Below, piece after piece: positions 36,142 to 47,725 of a stretch of 64,000 bases of DNA. The stretch is taken from NCBI GenBank assembly GCA_002269645.1, contig NIVC01001592.1, positions 124,001 to 188,000 on the forward strand. The letters are read 5' to 3'. The position numbers were made by a program, and so were the translations under genes. Position 1 is the first letter of the stretch; each line of letters opens with the position of its first letter. This DNA is from Macrostomum lignano (taxonomy: Eukaryota). The notes under the pieces are model-generated. The model did no database searches, was not told where the DNA came from, and saw only the letters and a list, made by a program, of their open reading frames with translations.

Positions 36142-37444
36142 TCAATCGGCCTTCTTATCACTACCGTCATCAGAGACGGATCCGTTAACGACACCAGCTG
36201 CTAAAGTGCTGCTCAGTTTCCGCTGAGCTTCGTCAAGTTTCCGTTGCAAATCGTTGACCTTGGCACGTTCAATAGACAAGTCCTGAGCATTGGTAATCGG
36301 AGAGATTGAGAGTAAGTTTATTCGCTTCATGCTATTCATGCACGATGTAAAACATGCATATATTAACAATCAGCAACATGTTAAAGTTTCTAACCCAAAA
36401 CCAGTGGTCAACTTTTTCTCATATCTCAACCCCGGATGACGCAATGGATGATGCAATTTGCGACACGAGGCCCAACAATGTACTCAGCAACAGCCAACCC
36501 CCCCCCTCCAAACCCACGCTGCTACACGCCCCAAAAGTTTGCATGCCATCGATGATTCAGAAATGCGAAAATGCTGCCATCGCCAAACACCAGCGCAATT
36601 GGGGCATGGGGGCTATATAATAATAATTGATTACACCTGCCCTAATGGGCAGATGCGCAACACACAGCTCAGCCGTAGCTATTGCGTGAAGCATCAGCTG
36701 TTCAGTGGAAGGACTGGGATGGGGGTCGCCACACACCCTTACATGTAATTACCCCAGCTAATGCTGGTAACCCATTTTACAGCTGGGTGAACTGAAGCAA
36801 TGCAGATTTAGGTGTCTACTAAGTGTCTTGCTCTAAGAGTTTATCTACCGGCTGGTGATCAGGGTGGCACAACAAGTGACAGTAATTTTGCATGCTTGTG
36901 GTTCCTGCACAGGATACTGAAACTGGCATTAGCTCGTAGACATTTGCTGAACTTTTGTGCCGCGTGACAGCGTGAGTTGTGGCGGAGGATTGTCACTGAG
37001 TACGTATGGATAATGTTTGGCAGCCGAGCAGCCAACTATCTGTCCGCTCACCTGCTCAAGAAACGCTCGGCCAATAAGCGAGCTCACCATCCATTTGAGC
37101 ACAAGCCAGAGCAGCAAAGCGCCGGCTGACAAAGTAAAATTGATCTGGGATCGAAATTTTCGCATCCTACTCAGCGCAAATCCGTGCGGATTAACTCGCT
37201 CATCTATGCTCAACTCCTCGAGCGCGTGCTGACGCATCTTTCTATAAGCGTCGATTAGCAATAGGATTAGAAGGCCGAAAAAGACATTAAAATATACGTA
37301 GGCAGACGAGTCGAATTTGCGCAACAAGCGCGAGCGTAGAATTCTGCGCCAGCGCTGAACGCTGATCACTGGCAGGCACATGATTAGCACCAGGGCGGCT
37401 TCCGCATAGACAAACCAGCTAATTACTGTCCATTGCAGCGACAT
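36142..37444 (-). CDS. BCAP31: BAP31/BAP29-like ER membrane protein; exons 37052-37444 and 36142-36282
   Basis: MSLQWTVI..FVYAE, three hydrophobic helices, LLIDAYR, MRKFRSQ.N..L.G..LLLWLVL, short coiled coil, C-terminal KKAD (KKXX ER retrieval). Confidence 0.85.
36755..36845 (-). mobile_element. CORE-SINE (MIR-like) core fragment in the BAP31 intron
   Basis: CCCATTTTACAGCTGGGTGAACTGAAGC...AAGTGTCTTGCTC resembles the antisense MIR core CCCATTTTACAGATGAGGAAACTGAGGC...AAGTGACTTGCCC (recalled consensus). Confidence 0.55.
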
Positions 37445-37659
37445 CTCTGATATTTGTACTGAAATTCAAATTACAAAGACTTAGCTGTTAAACTTGCTTA
37501 CTTGCACATGCTTGTACAATTATCTGTGGCAACAGACAGTACCAAAATGTCATCAGGATGTTTAGACAGACGCTGAGATGTTTCAGCTAGATAGAGGAAT
37601 CTTTGAAGTTCTTGCACTCAGGGTGAATAGCTGAAATGCTGACTCAGCAGGGCTGGTTA

Positions 37660-38590
37660 AGAGCGAATTTCAATATCGAAAAAAATCTAGAAGTCAAAAT
37701 TTTGGAAGTGTCTAAAAAAGTTGCTAAAAATAAACTGATTTCTGCTACATATACATGTTTTTTGTTTTGCATTAGCAGTAAATTGAAAGTAAAAAAGTGA
37801 GTGTTAGTCATACTAAACTTTGTTTTTCTGAATTTTGATTTTGAAGAATTTCAATTTCAATTTTGGAAAGTTAACAAATTTTTATTTCGACAAAACGGAA
37901 CATCTCTAATAATCCTAAAGCACCCCTATTGGAATAAATGTTAAAAACCCGCGGACGCGCGCTTTAGAAAAGAGTCAAACTATTTTACCGCGCTTTAGGA
38001 TTATTACAGATGTTCCGAAAGATCTGCAGTTTCGTCGAAATCAAAATTCGCTAACTTTCCAAAATCAAAATTGAAATTTCCCAAAATCATAATTCAGAAA
38101 AACAAAGTTTAGTATGATCAACACTCACTTTTCTACTTTCAATTTACTGCTTAAGCAAAAACTAATATATGTATATGTAGTAGAAATTAGTTTATTTTTA
38201 GCGACTTTTTAAACACTACCAAAAATTTCACTTTTTAAATTTTTTTCGAAATTGAAATTTGCTCTAAAAAATTTCAAATTTTGGAAAATTGAAATTGAAT
38301 TTTCAGAACATCTCTAAGCTTAATAAATTACGAGTGTATAAGCCCCTTCAACAGAGGTATTATACCCATTTCCATGTATATGTATTTGCTAGAGCAGCAG
38401 CCAGTAAGAAAGGGCAGCGCGCGCGCAGGCGATGCGCCTGTGCGCGCGCTGCGCTTTAGAAAAAGCTCAAAAGTGCGCCGGACACCGTCCGCGGTTTTAC
38501 AACTTTTTCCTATAGGGTAAAGCACAATAAAATAGTTTGACTCTTTTCTAAAACACGCATTCGTAGGTTTTCAACATTTATTCCAATAGG
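37660..38590. mobile_element. Foldback/palindromic AT-rich element with nested inverted repeats
   Basis: 37660-37921 is an imperfect reverse complement of 37991-38265. Loop motifs CCTATTGGAATAAATGTT and TTTAGAAAAGAGTCAAACTATTTT recur inverted at ~38530-38590. Confidence 0.7.
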
Positions 38591-39982
38591 GCCTATCAAG
38601 AATACAGACTCATTTCTGAAATAATCTGGATTCTGAGATGTTGAGTCTGAAAGCAGTATTACTAAGATGTATTTCCTAAGGATGGCTTAGGATGGCTTTC
38701 CTAAGGTGTTAGGGTTAAAGGTAGGGTTTAACCATAGAATAATCACCATGTAAACCATAGAAGACTCATGGGTTGAATTAAGGGAATTGCTAAGATGTCA
38801 AGGCTCATGGGGAAAATTGCTAAGATGTCAAAGCAATGTCACAAAGCTTTAGACCTAAAAAAATTTTAGATTATAGCTTAAGTCTCATAAAAAAGCTAAA
38901 ATCAACTAAATGAATTTGAGCCAAAGAAAAGAAGAAACATTATTATTAATATTAAAAAAGAACATATTATGATATAGTAATATAAAGCCAGCCCCCATCT
39001 TATAATGCAAAAAAGAAAATACTTTAAACTTACTAATACTAGTCAATAAAAGAAAATATTCAATAAAATAGAAAATTTTGCTTATTAGGAAACATATTGT
39101 GCCTAAGCAATGCATGCTTTGCTGCATGCTAGGGGTCGGACGTGATCACGATTGTGATCACAATTTCATGAATTCACGACCATTTTTTTCACAATTGTGA
39201 TTTCCCATTCACAACAGTCGTGAATTTCTACTTTATTACATTTTTATTAGAAGTATAACTTTTCTACTTGGTTTACCAAAATATGTGAACACAAGTATGT
39301 AAAAGAGTAATAAATTTTAAATTTGTTGACTTGACAGCATTACCCAGTAGCTATTATCAATTTATAAATATTTCTTTTCTTGTTTTGTTATTTTCAACAC
39401 TTGCAACTTACAAGCTCAAAATACATGTATGCAAATATAAATTCACGATCACAATCACGCTTGACTTTGAAAATTTCACAAAATTTCACACCCGACCAAA
39501 ATTTTCTACTTGTCCAACCTCTACTGCATGCATGCTATTTAGGCACGCAGCGTATGCCACGCATGTGGTGCATGCTGGCCCCAGACCAGACCCAGTTATG
39601 CCTAGGAATAACCCTTACAGAATAGCATACTTGGGAATGTGGGTTGGCTTTAAGCTATAAAAAAATAAAGCTTAATTTTCTATTCTGCAGTGTTTACACC
39701 ATGAAAAACATGGAAATTTGGAAATAAATTATAATCCTATTAACTTATTGTAGATTGTATTACATGTATGCTGAAAAGTATTTAGCTATCTAGTATACTA
39801 GGAATTTAACCAATAAGGTATTCTAGTAACTTTTTTGTATGTCACTAATGACTAAAAATTGCAAGACTAATAAGCATATGACTTATGTAACAAGCAGTAG
39901 ATGCAGCAAATAATTGTTGAAAAAATGAAACTAGGCTCTATTTAATATCATTTAAAGAAAAAATAATTAGTAGGCCTAAAAC

Positions 39983-41173
39983 CAGTGTTGGGCACCGTTA
40001 ATGAAAATCTTAACTTCCGTTAATAGCAAAAGCATTAGCGTTAAAACAAAAAAATCTTAACTTTTTAACCCTTAATTTTGTTAAGTTAACTAAAAGTTAA
40101 CTGATAATTGTTAATAAGCATTAATCCGTTAAAGTTAACATAGAAAATACGGAAATCTTGCACGTTTTTTCCAAAACAGACTTCGTATTGCATTTCTTTG
40201 CTATTCCATCTTTTTAGCGAAACACAGAGGTCATCTAAGCGATTTGAAAGCTAAAAAAGTAATAAATAATAAAATTTGCATGCATAATACTACTAAAAAT
40301 AAAGCATATGGTAAAAAAGTAACTTATTTTATTTGAAGCTTAAAAGCTAATAATGAGAAATTCATAATTAAATACGCATAGGAAGGTTGTTTCAGTACCA
40401 TTAGCAGGCGCAGCAGAAAGTTGCAAAAGATTGGGACAGAAGTGAATCAAAGCGATCGATGCTCACGCGCAAGAAATAATGCTGGTAGAGTCGCTTGCTT
40501 GGCGAGAAGAATAAATAGAAAGCTTAACATCAACATTTGAATATGATTGCAATTTCTAACAACTTCAATGCGTTTGATTAAACAATTGATTAAAGCCAAG
40601 TTAAAGCCAAGTTGTAATCAATTGTTTTCAATCTTACCCTCCTTACCTGTGTACATTGCAAAACCAATATTTAATCAATCGCTTTCAATCTCAATTTCTC
40701 AAATCGTTCTAATAAAATCCTGACGATGCACCATGGTGTGCAAAAGGCATTGAAGTTGTTAGAAATTGCGAGAAATAAAGTTTCATTTCACACTATTTTC
40801 TTTAATTATTTTAAAGTTTATTTGTAAGAAGTTGTTAATTACATGTATGTCTGTATGATCATTAGGCCTATCATAAATAAAGAGATTATATTTAGGCATA
40901 TAGGTAAGCTCAAATACGTTCGTAATGTTTAAACTTCTTGTAAGACTTCTATTTTTCATTCTTTCTTTGCGTCTTTGGTCATTGACATAGACACTACCAT
41001 TAGGCCCTAATGATAAATTTATCATTAATTCACAAAAATTTTAACGCAAATTTGTTAATCCGTTAGTTCAAAAAAATCTTAACAACAATCCGTTAACGTT
41101 AATGAAAAATCTTAACACTTATTAACACTTATTAATGGATTAATGCTTATTAACGGACTGGTGCCCAACACTG
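39983..41173. mobile_element. Non-autonomous hAT-type DNA transposon, 1.19 kb
   Basis: TIR CAGTGTTGGGCACC / GGTGCCCAACACTG, exact 8-bp TSD CCTAAAAC on both sides, subterminal CCGTTAA/TTAACGG repeats. Confidence 0.9.
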
Positions 41174-41961
41174 CCTAAAACAAAATATTTATGTATATTA
41201 TTATTGATTTAGTTTTATTTGTACAAGTTAGTAGTAACTGTAAAAAAGTTTAGTATATTATTTAAAAACTCACTTTTTTGTCTTTATTTTGAAATTAACT
41301 TTATTATAGCAAAAGATTGTTTAGCATAATTTATGCAATTAAGACACATACTTCAATGCTTTTGTACAATGTGCCATAAGCTTGAACATGTATAGGCCTA
41401 GTTAAAAATTGTAAGCCAATGTCATTGGCAATGATCAAAAAGTTATAATTCCTCCTTATACACCAGCTAAAGCATTTGTACACAGGAATTTTCTAGTACA
41501 CAATACATCTTCCGCAATATAGCCTATTGAAACAGAAACTATTTTATCTAGGCCTACCTAGAGTATAAGAAGTCTATAAATTTTACTACATAATGATGAT
41601 GTCATAATTTCGATTTATTAGCATTGAAAGCCTAGAAAGCTAATAAAATAAACATTTTGTCTAGGTTAAACCACTTAAACTCATAGCATAGGCCATAGCA
41701 TAGAGTCCGACCGAGTACTCAATCTCGATCTCAAATTTCGAGACTTCAGCCTTTTTAATTTTCGAAATTTTGAGAATGGGCTTAGAATTAAAAAACAGTC
41801 GAGTGAGATTAAATTCAATACAGAAAGTGTAAAATATTGTGAATCGCTAAATAAAAGAAACAAGTAATGCATTTGTCTAATGCATAATTAGGCCTAGCAT
41901 TTTTTTGTTTGTCGGTGTATTCACGGCTTTTTCAATTATACTACGTTAACATTGTATTTCT

Positions 41962-42660
41962 CAAGGACGACTTAAGTAGAAGGACGGGAAACCTCGTTTC
42001 TTAGAAAATTTTTGAAGGCACTTTTTGCCGAAAAAATACACTACGGAGATAGGAAATATTCATTTTTTCAGCACAAAAATTGCTATTACTTTTGATAGGA
42101 TGCAGATCCAGTGCTCATCTTTTGATATGTTGTGCCTTTTTTTATTGCTCTATCGATATTTATAAAGCTTTTAGTTCAGAAAATTAGGATTCTATGTAAA
42201 TTTTTTATTCTCCGTATATTTTCACGTGTCTTGTGATTGAAATACATTAGAATGCCACGGCTCGGCTCTTTGGTTTTAGAAGTCTATTTTATCATTCTTA
42301 ACTGACTGTTTAGCAAATATTCGTAACAGAGATGATAAAACAGGTTCATAAAAGCAAATATTGGAGCTGTGTCATGCATTTTTGTGATTTTCAGATACAG
42401 GAAATGTACGTAGAATAAAAAATTGACATATAATCCTAATTTTCTGAACAAAAAGCTTTATAAATATCGATAGAGCAATAAAAAAGGCACAACATATCAA
42501 AAGATGAGCACTGGATCTGCCTCCTATCAAAAGTAATAGCAATTTTTGTGCTGAAAAAATGAAAATTTCCTATCTCCGTAGTGTATTTTTTCGGGAAAAA
42601 GTGCCTTCAAAAATTTTCTAAGAAACGAGGTTTCCCGTCCTTCTACTTAAGTCGTCCTTG
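41962..42660. mobile_element. MITE with ~260-bp TIRs (CAAGGAC terminus), P/hAT-like
   Basis: Near-perfect inverted arms 41962-~42220 and ~42401-42660. 8-bp TSD GTATTTCT. Confidence 0.92.
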
Positions 42661-42886
42661 GTATTTCTATAAAACAAATTCAAATACAAGTTTTACCAGT
42701 ATATTTCACACGGAAATATTGTTTTAGTATTAAAAATACAGATAACCCCCAAGGCAAAATTTTATATATAACTTATCATAAGTATTCCTACTATTCTACT
42801 ATTCCTATTCCTACTATTCCTACTATTCCTAACTATTCTTCCTGTACAAATTCACAATCGTAGCTAGATCACCAATTCTCCTAAAC

Positions 42887-45254
42887 TAGGGACTACTTAA
42901 ACTAGGGACGGGAAACATGGCCAGATCATGCAGAAAATAGTTGGAGGCTGGTTTTTTCAAGCGCTCCCTAGAATTTATTATTGAACGTATTAAAAAGCTG
43001 GTTTTTTCGCCATCTTGTACAGAATTTATCCCTTTAAAAGATGCACAACTTAGTTTTTGTCGATCTTTATTTTGAGAGGAGTGGTGAGCTTTTTACAGGA
43101 GCCCCCTTTTATCTAGAGAATTTTACCGCAAATGCTTTATTGAAATGTCTAGCTATAGGGTTTCTGCACAAGCATCATCGCTATTCAGTTAAGTTTGTAG
43201 CCGCTTCGCTGCGTCGTCTAAAAATTAGCCTTGAATAACAAAATAAATTCTTGTTATTACTCTGAAAGTTGCTCTGCAATTACTCTGAAACCGAGCCACG
43301 CGAATTTGAGGGGGGGGGGGGCAATGGAAAAGAGTAAAGGGAAAACAAAAGACGATTTTTTTCACAGAGTCGCAGTCGGTGACTGTACGTACGTACTGCT
43401 AGGTATATTTGTGGACATATAAGCATTCAAAATTTCACAAATATGTATTATAAACCTCTACATGATATCGTGTGTCAGTCAGTCTCGACTCATGGCACAT
43501 TAACAGTGGACAGCCGAATTTGGTCTTTGGTCTTATAGCGCTGGACAAGGTCTTCAAAAAAGCAATTCGACAGTCGCTTGAGACAGCAGTTGCTGGAAAG
43601 TCGTGACCAGAAAAGAAATTAAGTATTCGGCAATGCTCAGAAAAAAGTTATGAACACGAGAGGCACAGCTTGGAGACTGCAGTGTAAAGCTGGCGGAGCG
43701 GATAGACGAGAAAATGGAAACAGCCACTCAGGCCGCTATGTCAGCTTCCCCTGGAAACCATCTCCAGGAAATCGGAGGAATCAGAGCTCCCCGCGCCTGC
43801 ATGCTTCTTGCGGTCAATTTTCCTTTACTGTGAGCTTGCTCGGAGTCGCCGGTTCATGCGAAGTCTCGATTTCACGCAGGTCTCTAGCCGTCTGGCTGAA
43901 CTCTTCGATGAATCGGTGGTAGAACCCCCGAGGAACCGCTTCATCTCTTTGACCGACTTTGGGCTAGGGATGCTGCGAATGACCTCAAACTTGCTGGGGT
44001 CCGGTGCAATACCCTGCTCGCTGATCAGGTGTCCCAGGTACAGTACCCGGCGATGGCCGAACTGCACGCTCTTCGCATTGTGCAGTTTGAGACCCGTATC
44101 TCGCAGCCGTTAAAAAACACGCCTAAGTCTCACCAGATGCTCGTCAAAGGTCCTGCTGAAGACGATGATGTCGTCGATGTAAGTCAGCACGGAGTCCAGG
44201 ACAGACCGGACATCACCAGCTCCATCAGCCGCGCTGGAACGTTCGCTGGGGCATTGCAAATACCAAAGCCCGTCAAAGGCCGCGGCTCAAATAGAAGGCA
44301 GTTTTAAACCGGTCCTCTTCTGCCACCTTCACCTGGTGGTAGCCCTGCCGACAGTCGATGGTGGAGAACCAGGAGCACCCGACCAGAGCATTCATGCTTG
44401 CTGCATGTGCGGCAGCGGGTACGCGTTCTTGACCGTGCAGGCATTCAGCTGCCGCCAGTCCTGCATTTTGCCGTTCTTCTTACGGACCACCAGCAGGTTG
44501 CTCGCCCATGGCGACGACGACGGCTCGATGATGCCGCTGTCCAGCATCTGTACGATCTTTCTAATCCACCTGATCTCGTACAGACAGAGGCAGATGACGC
44601 TGCTTGGATTTGCCGGTGCGGCCCGAGTTCCCGGTTCCAGTTCGACCTGGTGCTGTAGCAGCTCCGTCGTGTCCAGGTCGAACTCATGCTTGGCGAACAA
44701 GTTCTCGTTGCGCTTTAGCAGCTGCCGCAGCCTCGCTACATCCCGTCCGGGTAGCTCTGCGTTGATGATCCACTCGACGGGAGTCTCGTGAGCTTGGCTC
44801 AAAAAAAGTTGGCTTGCTAGAGTTTCTTTCGCCTTTAGCTAAGCTCTTCATTCATATATACATGTACATATAAGGCTCAATTAGTCATCAGGCAGACTAA
44901 AGCAAAGCCTTCGTTGCATGATCAATTGATACACAAGTGTTATAGTGATGCGTTTTATACCATAGACAAAAAGCCGTCTGACTGCAGATTTTTATGACAT
45001 TCTCTATATAAAACACCATGAAAAAGGGGGTTACTGTACAAAGAAGCTCACCGCTCCTCTCAAAATGAAGCTTGATAAAAACTAAGTTGTTGCATCTTGT
45101 AGAGGAATAAATTCTGTACAGGATGGCGAAAAAACCAGCTTTCTACGTTCAATAATAAATTCTAGGGAGCGCTAGAAAAAACCAGCCTCCCAACTATTTT
45201 CTGCATGATCTGGCCATGCAGTTTCCCGTCCCTAGTTTAAGTCCCTAGTCCCTG
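42887..45254. mobile_element. TIR element (~250-bp arms) enclosing the Gypsy RT fragment
   Basis: 42890-43150 is the reverse complement of ~45000-45250. Terminus (C/T)AGGGACTA..CTTAAACTAGGGACGGGAAAC resembles the 41962 element. No TSD found. Confidence 0.75.
43820..44800 (-). pseudogene. Degenerate Gypsy/Ty3 reverse transcriptase fragment
   Basis: [41 protein letters not shown] (44170-44181), YLGHLISEQGIAPDP.K...KEMKRFLG. In-frame TAA at 44110-44112, frameshifts, and loss of the RFCV motif. Confidence 0.88.
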
Positions 45255-47134
45255 AATAGTCCTTGCTGACTGACTGCTGGATTCATGGAGTTATATAAAA
45301 ATTAAAGGATATAAACCTAATTATAAGTAGGAATTAAAGAATGATTAAAGCGTGAAACATAAAAACACTAAGTACATGAAACGGAGGCATGGGCAGTAGG
45401 CATTCACCGCGTACACTACACTCAACGTGGCTTCTGACGCAGTGCACAGTATACATGAGATCTCTTTATATGCGTTTAAACAAAATATACATCTACAATA
45501 TGTATGTACATGATATACATGTACACATTACACGAACAATTTAAAGACAATTATCGGCTGTCAAGTCTCTTGAAACGTGGAGCGAGAACAGCTGCTTTTT
45601 TCGCCGCCCGATCCGGAGTTCGCACAATGAAGTCTGCGATCGAGGGGGCGGCATCTCTAGCCGAATCAATCATCGAACTCCGAGAGGAATGGAATTCTGT
45701 TCTACTTGCTTATTCGCGTCTACTGTCTCGTCAACTCTGTATTAGTACCCGCCTTTTTGTCGCAAGGTGCTAGTGGCGCTATCAAACGAGAGTCAGCATA
45801 CCCCGACAAGCAAAGGCACCGTTCTAGCGCTCTCGCCTCTACACAGAGCTGCTAACACATGTACATGTATAATAGGCGCATGCAGTCCTTGCTCGATCAA
45901 TGCTACATGATCTGTGTGAAAAATCCGCTACTTTTTTTCACTGTTTGAATGGACTTTAATTGATCAGTCTTGAATGCACTAAAAGCACTAGATTCAATAA
46001 ATATGAGTTCCTTTGCTTTACAGCTAGGGTCCTCCTGCTCATTTCTAAGAAATCGTAGTCCATACTATATAGTAATTGTCAATTTCCGTCTTATCAAATA
46101 ATTTTAATAAAACATAAATTGTACTCTCTCTTATTTAGCTTTGTCAAACACAGTAACAATAAGCACAATTCATTGCAGGGCTATGCACTACTGAAATTGT
46201 AGAAGTTTATTTTGAGTTAATATATGCAGAAAATTCTTTGCTGACAATTGGAATCTATGGCGTCATATTTTAATGACTGAATATGGGTCTCATATGGTAG
46301 TGCATTAGGATTAATGTTGGAACATTTAGCATCGATTGGAGCTCAGATCAATGTAACGAATTTGATGGTAAATTTACGAAGAAGTCATCGATTGGCATAA
46401 AAATTTTACAATTATAACCAGCAAATGAAAGCTGCAATTTTAAAGAAGAAAGGAAATTGTTAGTCAAATTAGATAAAAACTATTCAATCTCTCTACGGAC
46501 AAAGATCTGAATAAAGCATAGGCATTGGACAACGGATAGACAAAAGACAGACAAAAGAGCGCATAACAGAGCTGCGGTATATGCTGGGGGCACTTTTAGA
46601 CCTAAAAGAAGCAAGTGTGCATTGTACTGAGCCAGAAACAATTGTTAAAATACTGGGGCATTGCAAATTCGGAGATGACACTGAAAACCAATTACAATCC
46701 AATTTTCTCTTTAAAAGTACTTCGATGCCCAATGTTTTGCTCTCTAGTTTGTGACAAATTATATTTTGTTTTATTTAAAATAGCCTTACAAGTTAGAACG
46801 TTTCACCTACAAACAGTAGAGTAGTACGTATAGAATGGGACTTTTTAAATTCTTTCAAACTCCACAGAAACTCTAATATAAGCGCTACATGTACGGCTAC
46901 TCAGAACTAATGTTTAAAATCCGAAACCCAATGAAGCAACAACGAATTGCTAAGGCTATCCCTGGTCACCCTGGATTTTTACGAGCGAAGCAGGAGAACA
47001 CTGACAGTGTCTCACCTTCTAGACTTCCAAGTTTCATAGGGAACAAGCGTGTGCTTCGCCCAAGATTGGTTCACAAGTAGATCGCGAGAAAAAATTAAAA
47101 GCAGTAAATTTAGACAACGGCAAAATGCTCAAAC

Positions 47135-47270
47135 GTTAGGGCCGCTGTAAACTTCAGTGTGAGTGTGTGCCTGCTCAGGGGAGTCGGTGGAATGGGCAGC
47201 AATGCCTCTCGCCGGTCGTGTGACAATGTCGCTTAAAGTGCGCCAGGATGCACACATAACCCTGCCTCTT
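47135..47270 (+). mobile_element. 5'-truncated copy of the same SINE-like repeat
   Basis: Near-identical to 16829-16995 (GTTAGGGCCGCTGTA...GTGCCTGCTCAGGGGAGTCGG..GAATGGGCAGCAAT..CGCTTAAAGTGCGCCAGG). Confidence 0.75.
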
Positions 47271-47278
47271 ATAAAAAA

Positions 47279-47451
47279 CAAGGACCACTAGCAGTATACC
47301 AGGACGCTACACTCGTGATTTGTGGAAATTTTTTGGAGGCCGATTTTAACTGTTGATCCTGACTCTACAGAAGATGTATGGACGGCATAATTTCTGGCCA
47401 ATAGGTGTGTCAGAATGCGTACTCTACAGGATATGCTGCTAGTGGTCCTTG
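47279..47451. mobile_element. 173-bp MITE with CAAGGAC terminus
   Basis: TIR CAAGGACCACTAGCAG / CTGCTAGTGGTCCTTG. 8-bp TSD ATAAAAAA. Confidence 0.85.
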
Positions 47452-47725
47452 ATAAAAAAATTGATCGACTGCCTGTTATCGGTAGCAGTTCAGGAGAAAT
47501 AGCTAGTCCAGAAGATATCGGGAACTCAGTACTAATGCATTTTGAACTCCAGTGAGATTTTCACCATCTGCGAGCATCCTTCTGCTTACAGCTGTCCATG
47601 GGAAAAGCGGGACAAGAAACTTTGAAACCATTCGGCAAAATGGTATCATATTTTTAGAAAACAAGATATATAAGAAAGGCAGCAACTTTCATTAACATAC
47701 ACAATTAACAAAATCCAAGCGGCCG

